Part shown: positions 8,173 through 15,888 of the stretch, one piece after another
Numbering within the stretch: the first letter of the stretch is position 1
Layout of the letters: the number at the start of each line of letters is the position of its first letter
NCBI GenBank assembly: GCA_032128375.1
Contig: JAQBGU010000148.1
Coordinates: 1-18,857 of the forward strand
DNA length: 18,857 nucleotides
Direction of reading: 5' to 3'
Origin: Deltaproteobacteria bacterium
GTDB lineage: Bacteria; Myxococcota_A; UBA9160; SMWR01
Made by a program: the position numbers and the translations under genes
The notes under the pieces: generated by a model
The model's input: only the letters and a program-made list of their open reading frames with translations
Database searches by the model: none
What the model was told of the DNA's origin: nothing

Positions 8173-10406
8173 CCCAACTCGAGGTTCGCGAACTTGACCA
8201 TCACGGTCTTGAGCCCGGCACGGTCGAACTGGATCTTGAGCTTCTGACTCTCTCCCATTCCGATCACGCTCGCGATCGTACCCAAACCAAACACCGGGTG
8301 TCGCACCCGAAGCCCGGCGCGAACGCCGTCGCCCGAATCACCCCTGCTTTGATCGTAACCGTCAATTGAGCCGGAGCGCGAGTTCGAACCGGATCTCGAG
8401 CCGGACTTCGAACCAAGGTCGGGGCCATCGTCGAATGCGGTTTTGGACTCCTCGGTGAGCGCAGACGTTGGAATCTCGTCGAGAAAGCGCGAAGGCGGAG
8501 CCAACGAAGTCTGCCCGAATCGGCGACGCTCTCGCGCACAGGTCAGCGTGAGCGACTCCATCGCGCGGGTCATGGCGACATAACACAAACGGCGTTCCTC
8601 CTCGAGACCCGACGCGTCTGTCGAGGAGGATGCGTGCGGAAAGATCCCCTCTTCCATGCCGACGACGAACACGATCGGATACTCGAGTCCCTTGGCGGTG
8701 TGAACCGTCATCAGCGAGATGCATTCATCGCGCTTCTCGTACGAATCAAGATCTGAAACCAGCGCGACCTGGTCGAGAAACCGTTCGATCGGCGAGCGGT
8801 CGTCATCGGCCATCGGCATGTTGCCCTTTTCGAAATCGTCCGCCGCGCTCAACAATTCTTGGAGATTCTCGAGGCGGGTGTCCGACTCGGGCGTTTGATC
8901 GCTCTCGAGCTGGCGCGAGTAGCCTGTGTCATGGAGCACGCGGGTGATTGCATCGCACGGTGAATCGATCAGCACGTCAGCCCGCAGCCGATCCAACAGG
9001 TCGAGGAATGGACCGAGCTTCGGCGGTATTCTGCCCGGTAACGCGCCGTCGGCGACCCGGGTCAGCCCCTCGAGCAAGGACATGCCGTGCTCTGCTGCAA
9101 AGGCTTCGGCGCGCTCGAGCGTGGTCTTGCCGATCCCACGCGCCGGCTTGTTGATCACCCGGCGCAGAGCAGCCGGGTCCTTCGGATTGATGAGCAACCG
9201 GAGGTAGGCCAGCGCGTCTTTCACTTCAGCCCGGTCGTAGAAGCGCACACCCCCGACAACCACATAGGGCACGTTGTACTTGAGTAGTTCTTCCTCGAAC
9301 AAGCGCGATTGGAAATTGGTCCGATAGAAGATCGCGCAATCACCCCCTTTGCGTCCTTCCTCGCGCACTTCGGTCAAGATCCGCCCGATCACATAGGCGG
9401 CCTCGTTGCGATCGTTGCGGGCATGGTACACCCGGATCAGTTCGCCTCCTTCGCGATCGGTGAACAGACCCTTTCGCAGCCGGCCGGAATTGTTCGCGAC
9501 CACGCCAGTCGCGCCGTCGAGGATCGGCTGGGTCGAGCGATAGTTGCGCTCGAGTCTCACCGTGGTAACCGCGGGATAGTCGCGCTCGAACTCCATGATG
9601 TTGCGGATATCGGCGCCCCTCCATCCGTAGATGGACTGGTCCGGGTCTCCCACCACACAGAGATTGCCGTGCCCTGCGGCAACCAGTTGGACGAGTTCGT
9701 ACTGAACTCGGTTGGTATCCTGATATTCATCGACCGACACGTACTGCCAGCGCCTCTGATAGTGGGCCAGTACCGCAGGGAAGCGCTTGAAGAGTTCTAC
9801 CGTCTTGACCAGCAGGTCGCCGAAGTCGAGCGCATTGGCCTCGGCGAGCAGCCGCTGATACGTCGCGTAGATGTCAGCGACCTGTTCCGAATCGAGATCT
9901 GCAGCGCTGCGAGCGGCTGCAGCCGGATCCATTCCGTCGTTCTTCCAGCGGTCGATGCGCCACTGGACCCGCTTCACCTCGGAGGCCTGCGTGTCGAGAC
10001 GGTGGCGCTTCAATGCGTCGCGGATGGTGCCCTTGGTATCGGCGTCATCATAGATGACAAAGCCACGCGAATAGCCCAGGTGTGAAATGTCGCGACGCAG
10101 GATGCGCACGCAGGCCGAGTGAAAGGTCGTGATCCACAGATCGCTCACGCGTACCGACAAGATCTTTTCGACGCGCTGACGCATTTCGCCGGCGGCCTTG
10201 TTCGTGAAGGTCACGGCCAGGATCGCCTCGGGCGGAATTCCACAGACGGAAACCAGATACGCGATGCGTTGGGTGAGCACCCGGGTCTTGCCGCTCCCGG
10301 CGCCAGCCAGCACGAGAAGCGGGCCTTCCGTGGTCTCCACTGCGGCGCGCTGTTGGGGGTTGAGCGACTGGAGTAGCGAATCGGCCTGCAAGCGAACGGT
10401 CTCCAA
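8169..10406 (-). CDS. pcrA: ATP-dependent DNA helicase PcrA/UvrD (SF1A)
   Basis: Q motif 'LNPQQ', Walker A 'AGAGSGKT', 'TFTNKAA', 'TFHS', 'DEYQD', 'GDPDQSIY', 'NYRS', 'YRTN', 'TVHTAKGLEY', 'EEERRLCYVAMTRA', and a C-terminal Tudor-like domain 'RVRHPVFGLG'. TTG start at 10406, or TTG 10391 which follows a GGAG. Confidence 0.96.
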   Translation of the reverse strand: METVRLQADSLLQSLNPQQRAAVETTEGPLLVLAGAGSGKTRVLTQRIAYLVSVCGIPPEAILAVTFTNKAAGEMRQRVEKILSVRVSDLWITTFHSACVRILRRDISHLGYSRGFVIYDDADTKGTIRDALKRHRLDTQASEVKRVQWRIDRWKNDGMDPAAAARSAADLDSEQVADIYATYQRLLAEANALDFGDLLVKTVELFKRFPAVLAHYQRRWQYVSVDEYQDTNRVQYELVQLVAAGHGNLCVVGDPDQSIYGWRGADIRNIMEFERDYPAVTTVRLERNYRSTQPILDGATGVVANNSGRLRKGLFTDREGGELIRVYHARNDRNEAAYVIGRILTEVREEGRKGGDCAIFYRTNFQSRLFEEELLKYNVPYVVVGGVRFYDRAEVKDALAYLRLLINPKDPAALRRVINKPARGIGKTTLERAEAFAAEHGMSLLEGLTRVADGALPGRIPPKLGPFLDLLDRLRADVLIDSPCDAITRVLHDTGYSRQLESDQTPESDTRLENLQELLSAADDFEKGNMPMADDDRSPIERFLDQVALVSDLDSYEKRDECISLMTVHTAKGLEYPIVFVVGMEEGIFPHASSSTDASGLEEERRLCYVAMTRAMESLTLTCARERRRFGQTSLAPPSRFLDEIPTSALTEESKTAFDDGPDLGSKSGSRSGSNSRSGSIDGYDQSRGDSGDGVRAGLRVRHPVFGLGTIASVIGMGESQKLKIQFDRAGLKTVMVKFANLELG
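8367..8414 (-). repeat. Imperfect 12-bp tandem repeat encoding a Gly/Ser linker in PcrA
   Basis: ggttcgaagtcc/ggctcgagatcc/ggttcgaactcg/cgctccggctca encodes GSKS GSRS GSNS RSGS, between the helicase core and the C-terminal domain. Confidence 0.6.
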
Positions 10407-10462
10407 GAACTGCCTCTGACAACAGCCTCCGATAGTGGGCGGTCTCTCGGGGGGAGCTGTTC

Positions 10463-10491
10463 AGCATAAGCGAGGCGCGCCGCGGGCTCAA
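10463..10491 (-). promoter_or_regulatory. Sigma70-type promoter for pcrA and the downstream methyltransferase
   Basis: Minus strand TTGAGC (10491-10486), 17-nt spacer, TATGCT (10468-10463), about 55 nt upstream of the pcrA start. Confidence 0.65.
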
Positions 10492-10529
10492 CGGGATCCG
10501 AGTTTCGCCGTGCGGAATCGACTCGAACG

Positions 10530-10595
10530 CCGGTTTACTCTGTGCGGCGTCCTCTCGGGTTACTCGACGGTCACGCTCTTGGCGAGATTTCGCGG
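10530..10595 (-). other. attTn7-equivalent site (unoccupied)
   Basis: The glmS 3' end encodes PRNLAKSVTVE*, the known TnsD recognition region. No Tn7 ends or tns genes lie downstream; pcrA follows after 153 bp. Confidence 0.5.
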
Positions 10596-12428
10596 TTGGT
10601 CGACGTCGGTGCCCTTGAGCACGGCAATATGGTAGGCCAGTAGCTGGAGCGGGATCACCGCGATCACCGATGTCAAATATTCTCCGAGATCGGGGATACG
10701 AATCACCTCGTCGGCTTTCTCGTCGATCTCGTCGTTTCCCTCACTGGCGATCGCGATCACCACACCATCGCGCGATCGCACCTGTTCGAGGTTAGAGATC
10801 ACCTTCTCGTAGAGCGGTCCATCGGTGGCGATCACCACGACCGGCATGTTCGCATCGATCAGCGCGATCGGGCCGTGCTTCATCTCACCTGCCGCGTACC
10901 CCTCGGCGTGAATGTACGAGATCTCCTTGAGTTTCAGCGCCCCCTCCAGCGCGATCGGGTACATGATGCCCCGACCCAGAAACAGGAAATTCGTCGCGTG
11001 GAAGAATTTCTGCGCGATGCGACGAATGTCGCTATCGAGACGCAGCGTGCTCTCGATGAAACGGGGCAGCCGAATCAACTCTTCGATGCGCCGGCCGGCT
11101 TCCTGCTTCGCGATGCGTCCGCTTTCGATTCCCATCTTCAACGCCAGAAGGTAGTGCCCGACGATCTGGGTGGTGAACGCCTTGGTCGAAGCGACACCGA
11201 TTTCGGGCCCTGCGTAGGTGTACAACACATCGTCGCTCTCGCGGGCGATCGTCGACTCCCGCGAATTCGAGATCGAGATCACCCGAGCGCCGCGGCTCTT
11301 TCCCTCTCGCAGCGCCGCGAGTGTGTCTGCCGTCTCCCCAGATTGCGAGACAGGAACGACCAGGCACGATGCGTCGATAGCCGGCTGCCGGTACCGAAAC
11401 TCGCTCGCCAGGTCTACGTCAGTCGGGATTCCAGCCATCTGCTCGTAGAGATACTTGCCCACCATGCACGAGTAGTAGGCCGTCCCGCAAGCGACCAAGT
11501 GGATGCGGCCAATCGGCTTTCCCCCGATCTCGATTCCATCGAGGTCGACATCAGATGCGTCTTCGAGCAGACGTGTCCCGATCGTATCCATGATGGCGCG
11601 GGGCTGTTCGAAGATCTCTTTCTGCATGAATCGGTCGTAACCGCCCTTCTCAGCAGAAATCGGATCCCATTCGATCGGGACCGGGTCGCGTTCCAAGGGT
11701 CGGCCTGCGGCGTCGACCAGTTCGACGCCCTCTTGGGAAAGCACCGCGAATTCACCATCCCGCAGGAAAATCATCTGTCGGGTGTAGGGAAGGATTGCCG
11801 GAATATCGCTGGCCAGAAAGGACTGCCTTTCGCCGAGACCCAGGATGATCGGGCTGCCGCCATTTTTGGCAGCGACGATATGGTCACCAAAGCGATCGGA
11901 TAACGCGGCGAACGCATACGAGCCGTCGAGACGCGCACAGGCGGATCGAACCGCGGTCAGCAGGTCGTCACCTGCTGCGACGCTCTGATCGATCAGGTGC
12001 GCGATCAGTTCCGAATCGGTATCCGACTCCATCGTTCGGCCGGCTGCCTCGAGTTCTTTGCGAAGCGATCGGTAGTTCTCGACGATGCCGTTGTGGACGA
12101 TCACCACCGAACCGGAGCGATGCGGGTGCGCATTGCGCTCCGAAGGCTTGCCGTGGGTCGCCCAACGGGTATGGCCGATTCCGAGCTGCCCCGTCAGCGG
12201 CGCAACGCGCAGGACCTCTTCCAGGTTCGCGAGCTTTCCTGTGGCGCGACGAACCTGGATCGTTCCGGTTCCCTGGTCTGCACCTGCTTCTCCGCCCGGG
12301 CCTCCGTCCTGACTGAAGATCGCGATACCTGCCGAGTCATAGCCCCGGTATTCGAGGCGACGAAGCCCATCGATCAGCACCTCCATGGCGCGGTGTTCGC
12401 GGCCAACAAATCCGACTATTCCACACAT
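10560..12428 (-). CDS. glmS: Glutamine--fructose-6-phosphate transaminase (isomerizing)
   Basis: MCGIVG, 'LEYRGYDSAG', 'GHTRWATHG', 'HNGIVEN', 'SQSGETADT', 'GPEIGVASTKAF', 'ALKLKEISY', 'KHGPIAL', C-terminus 'DVDQPRNLAKSVTVE'. GGGGAG RBS upstream. Confidence 0.98.
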   Translation of the reverse strand: MCGIVGFVGREHRAMEVLIDGLRRLEYRGYDSAGIAIFSQDGGPGGEAGADQGTGTIQVRRATGKLANLEEVLRVAPLTGQLGIGHTRWATHGKPSERNAHPHRSGSVVIVHNGIVENYRSLRKELEAAGRTMESDTDSELIAHLIDQSVAAGDDLLTAVRSACARLDGSYAFAALSDRFGDHIVAAKNGGSPIILGLGERQSFLASDIPAILPYTRQMIFLRDGEFAVLSQEGVELVDAAGRPLERDPVPIEWDPISAEKGGYDRFMQKEIFEQPRAIMDTIGTRLLEDASDVDLDGIEIGGKPIGRIHLVACGTAYYSCMVGKYLYEQMAGIPTDVDLASEFRYRQPAIDASCLVVPVSQSGETADTLAALREGKSRGARVISISNSRESTIARESDDVLYTYAGPEIGVASTKAFTTQIVGHYLLALKMGIESGRIAKQEAGRRIEELIRLPRFIESTLRLDSDIRRIAQKFFHATNFLFLGRGIMYPIALEGALKLKEISYIHAEGYAAGEMKHGPIALIDANMPVVVIATDGPLYEKVISNLEQVRSRDGVVIAIASEGNDEIDEKADEVIRIPDLGEYLTSVIAVIPLQLLAYHIAVLKGTDVDQPRNLAKSVTVE

Positions 12429-12447
12429 CAGAGACTCCCCGTCCGGC

Positions 12448-13779
12448 CTAGCGGTTCTTCTCGCGTTCGCGACGCGAGACCCAACCTTCGACGTTGCGCT
12501 GCCGCGAGCGTTCTACCCCGAGCGCGCCATCTGGAACTTCCTGTCCAATCGTGGAGCCAGCCGCCACGGCAGCATTCTTGCCGATGGTCACCGGTGCCAT
12601 CAGGTTGGCATTGCAGCCTATGGTCGCGCCTTCACCTATGGTCGTCCGGTTCTTTCGCTTCCAGTCGTAGTTCACGGTGATCGCTCCACAACCGAAGCTG
12701 GCCCCTGCTCCGACATCTGCGTCGCCGATGTACGCAAGATGATCGGCTTTGACACCATCACCAAGGACGCTGTTCTTGAGTTCAACGTAGTTCCCGATTC
12801 GGACGCCGCGCCCGATCACGCAATCCGGTCGCAAATGCGCGTTGGGTCCCATCGTCACGTCGTCACCGATGAGGCTCGACTCGATCACGCAACCGGACTT
12901 CAAGTGCACGCCTTCCCCGATCCGCGTATCACCCTGGATGACACAACCGGGCTCGATCAGCGTGTCTCGGCCGATTTCCACGCCAACGTCGACATAGGTG
13001 TTCGATGGGTCAACGATCGTAACGCCCGCGAGCATCAACTGGTGGAGTTTGCGCTGGCGTACTACCGCGCAAGCGGCTGCCAACTCGACTCGCGTGTTCA
13101 CGCCGATCGCCTCTTCGTCGTCATCCATTTGCAGCGCTTCGACGCGGAGACCCGCGCGAACCGAACTCTCGATCAGCGTCGTCAAATAGATCTCGCCCTG
13201 CTCGTTGCGGTCGTCGACCTTCTCGAGCGTCTTCCACAGCAGATCGGACGAAACCAGATAGACACCGGTGTTGCGCTCTTCGATTGCCAACTCTCCAGAC
13301 GTAGCGTCCGTCTGCTCGACGATGCGCGCGACGGCTCCGGCGGGATCGCGAACCACGATCCCGGGTACATCGACGTGAGCCGTCAGCATCAGCAGGTCGG
13401 CGCACCTATCTGCCTTCGCTCGGACCATTTCGACCAGCGTCTCCGGGCGCAACAGCGGCGTATCCCCGTACAGGATCAACACGTCCCCCGAGAAATCTTG
13501 GAGCGCCGCTCGCGCAGCCAATACTGCGTGGCCAGTCCCGCGCTGCTCGCGCTGCATGACGAACGTCGCCCGCTCGCCAAAGGTCTTCTCCACCTGCTCT
13601 GCATCACGACCGACTACCACCACGAGCCGCTCCGGCGCGAGCGCCTCAGCGGCGGTCAGCGGATACGCGAGCATCGGCCAACCGGCGATCGGATGGAGCA
13701 CCTTCGAAACGCGAGACTTCATCCGCGTACCCTGGCCCGCTGCCAAGATGAGCACTGCGATCGACGACGTGGTAGCCAC
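12448..13779 (-). CDS. glmU: Bifunctional UDP-N-acetylglucosamine pyrophosphorylase / glucosamine-1-phosphate N-acetyltransferase
   Basis: 'ILAAGQGTRMKS...KVLH', 'QRGTGHAV', 'YGDTPLL', 'EIYLT', 'GVNTR', hexapeptide repeats, 'GNYVELK', 'HLAYIGDA', 'NYD'. GTG start at 13779 follows AAAGGAG. Lies directly upstream of glmS. Confidence 0.96.
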   Translation of the reverse strand: MATTSSIAVLILAAGQGTRMKSRVSKVLHPIAGWPMLAYPLTAAEALAPERLVVVVGRDAEQVEKTFGERATFVMQREQRGTGHAVLAARAALQDFSGDVLILYGDTPLLRPETLVEMVRAKADRCADLLMLTAHVDVPGIVVRDPAGAVARIVEQTDATSGELAIEERNTGVYLVSSDLLWKTLEKVDDRNEQGEIYLTTLIESSVRAGLRVEALQMDDDEEAIGVNTRVELAAACAVVRQRKLHQLMLAGVTIVDPSNTYVDVGVEIGRDTLIEPGCVIQGDTRIGEGVHLKSGCVIESSLIGDDVTMGPNAHLRPDCVIGRGVRIGNYVELKNSVLGDGVKADHLAYIGDADVGAGASFGCGAITVNYDWKRKNRTTIGEGATIGCNANLMAPVTIGKNAAVAAGSTIGQEVPDGALGVERSRQRNVEGWVSRREREKNR

Positions 13780-14197
13780 TGTCTGCTCCTTTCGGTGCCC
13801 CACTGTTGAAATTTGACTGTTCAATTCGCTGCCGGCCTTGATTCGGTTCTAGCAACCGGACCGCCGGAACAATGAGCCGTGTGACCCAACAGGGATCGCG
13901 CTATCACGCGAGCCTATCCTCACCTGCTCGTTTCGCATGGACGCCACGGCCGATTGGCTCCGAGGCGAGGCCAGTCCCTCACTGATGGAACTGACTGCCC
14001 CGAGGGGACATCCTGTTCGAGGGCAAGAAATCTGCTCTGCCTGGTGATCGGTCGAACATGCGGCCTCGTGCAAATTTTCTCCAAACTCTCTACCAGCGAG
14101 TTCACCCTGTAGACTACCGCGGACGCTCGCGGATTGACCGTTGGTTGGGCTACGAAATACCCGGCTGATCAGTGATCTGCAGCGCAAAGGGGCATCC

Positions 14198-15886
14198 ATT
14201 CAGATCTTTGGAAATACCCACGGGCTCAAGGCGAGCCAGGTCCGCCAACTCGAACGCCTGAATCGTCGCCGGCTACCCGTCGATCGGGTCGTGTCCCACG
14301 ATTTCGCACGCCAGTTGACAGAGTTGAGTTTCGAAATGGGGCGCCAGATCGGCGTACTCGTCGACCGACTCGGCGCTGTCAGCCACGTCATGTGCGGAGA
14401 TGCCAAGTCGATTGAACTCCCGGATTGGGGGCGTCTGCGAGCCGGTCGCGGGCGCTTGCGGGGCCTGCGCTGCATCCACACTCATCTGCACTCGGAACCA
14501 CTCGATCGCGACGATCTCACCGACCTCGCGCTGCTTCGACTCGACGCGATGGTCGCACTGAGCATGGATTCCGAGGGGCTTCCGAAGCTGGCGCACATCG
14601 CTTCGCTGCGCCCCATCGTCGACGGCGGCGACCCTGTCGAACTGATGGAACCCACTCCTCCGGGAAGTCTCGATTTCGATTTCCGGCTGTGGATCCGCGA
14701 TATCGAGGACCAACTAGCACGCCAGGACCGGACGCGCGAGATCGCGGGTGCGGAGGGTGCGATCCTGGTCTCCGTGACTGCGGGTCGAAACTCGGACGAC
14801 ATCGATATGCAGCTCGACGAGTTGGTCGAATTGGCTCGCTCGGCGGGCGTCGAAGTCATCGAGAAGGTCAGCCAGAATCGCCGGCGCGTAGACAACCGAT
14901 TCCTGATCGGCTCCGGCAAGCTGCAAGAACTTGTGATCCTGGCCATGCAGACAGGCGTCGACCTGGTGATCTTCGATCAGGAGCTGACACCCACCCAGGC
15001 AAAGAACCTGTCGGTGCGGCTCGACCTGCGCGTGATCGACCGAACTCAACTGATCTTGGACATCTTCGCCCAGCATGCGATCAGTCGGGACGGCAAGCTA
15101 CAAGTCGAGCTCGCGCAGCTGCGTTACCGATTGCCGCGTCTCGCGCAGCGTGAGAACGTCTCCTTGTCGCGGCTCGCGGGCGGTATTGGTGGGCGCGGCC
15201 CGGGTGAGACGAAACTCGAAGTCGATCGACGCCGCGTGCGCGACCGCATTGCGCGGCTCGAGCGCGAAACGAAGAAGCTTCTCAGGCAGCGCTCCGAACG
15301 CCGGCGGCGCCGCGAAAAACGCGACGTACCGGTGCTGTCGATCGTCGGCTACACGAACGCCGGAAAGAGCACCCTGCTCCAGGCGCTGACCCAAACCAAC
15401 GTTCACATTGCGAATGCGTTGTTTGCGACTCTCGATCCGACCTCGCGCAGACTGCGTTTCCCAAGGGACCGCGAGGTGATCATCACCGATACGGTGGGCT
15501 TCATTCGCGACCTTCCGAAGGATCTGATCGCAGCATTTCACGCCACGCTCGAGGAACTCGACCAGGCGGATCTGCTGCTCCACGTGGTCGACGCGTCATC
15601 ACCCGATCCAGAGCGCCGAATCGCAGCGGTCCGGGGTGTACTCGATGAACTCGGTATCACCGACACACCGGAATTGTTGGTATTCAACCAGATCGATCGA
15701 CTTGCGAATGGCGTCGCGAGGAAATTCACTTTGCTAGAAGGTGGCGTGGCAGTTTCTGCATTGAAGCAGATAGGGTTGGACGACCTGCTTGCGCAGGCCG
15801 AGGAGATGTTGTGGTCCGAATCACGGTTCGGAGGCGATCGGGCCGAACAGAGGCAGCGTGCAGCGCTGTCCATGGAGGGGATCTAG
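14198..15886 (+). CDS. hflX: GTPase HflX, long form with N-terminal extension
   Basis: '[10 protein letters not shown]', 'IGSGK', '[14 protein letters not shown]', '[10 protein letters not shown]', '[13 protein letters not shown]', G1 'GYTNAGKS', G2 'LFATLDPT', G3 'DTVGFI', G4 'NQID', G5 'SA'. Start placed at ATT 14198 after AAAGGGG; the track alternative is TTG 14141. Confidence 0.93.
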   Translation: MQIFGNTHGLKASQVRQLERLNRRRLPVDRVVSHDFARQLTELSFEMGRQIGVLVDRLGAVSHVMCGDAKSIELPDWGRLRAGRGRLRGLRCIHTHLHSEPLDRDDLTDLALLRLDAMVALSMDSEGLPKLAHIASLRPIVDGGDPVELMEPTPPGSLDFDFRLWIRDIEDQLARQDRTREIAGAEGAILVSVTAGRNSDDIDMQLDELVELARSAGVEVIEKVSQNRRRVDNRFLIGSGKLQELVILAMQTGVDLVIFDQELTPTQAKNLSVRLDLRVIDRTQLILDIFAQHAISRDGKLQVELAQLRYRLPRLAQRENVSLSRLAGGIGGRGPGETKLEVDRRRVRDRIARLERETKKLLRQRSERRRRREKRDVPVLSIVGYTNAGKSTLLQALTQTNVHIANALFATLDPTSRRLRFPRDREVIITDTVGFIRDLPKDLIAAFHATLEELDQADLLLHVVDASSPDPERRIAAVRGVLDELGITDTPELLVFNQIDRLANGVARKFTLLEGGVAVSALKQIGLDDLLAQAEEMLWSESRFGGDRAEQRQRAALSMEGI

Positions 15887-15888
15887 GC

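Noticed and set aside
7147..10406. Helicase plus methyltransferase as a restriction or defence system
   Set aside because: The helicase is a canonical housekeeping PcrA/UvrD with a Tudor-like C-terminal domain. The methyltransferase lacks DNA-MTase catalytic motifs, and no nuclease is present.
10407..10559. Tn7-like element downstream of glmS
   Set aside because: No tns genes or TnsB-site arrays. The TGTGCGGCG at 10541 points toward glmS and has no partner end.
10560..13779. glmU/glmS as dedicated sugar suppliers for the GT-C cluster
   Set aside because: They form the ordinary housekeeping pair, separated from the cluster by pcrA. Proximity alone is not evidence.
12385..13809. 474-aa plus-strand ORF antisense to glmU (also 10875-11903, 11997-12680, 9309-10085)
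   Set aside because: Shadow ORFs on the reverse strand of conserved genes. High-GC codon bias suppresses antisense stops, and they carry no recognisable motifs.
13780..14197. glmS ribozyme or other known riboswitch upstream of glmU-glmS; the 116-aa and 61-aa ORFs in this spacer
   Set aside because: The ribozyme core (AGCGCC...GACGAGG) was not found by eye. The ORFs have no recognisable features.
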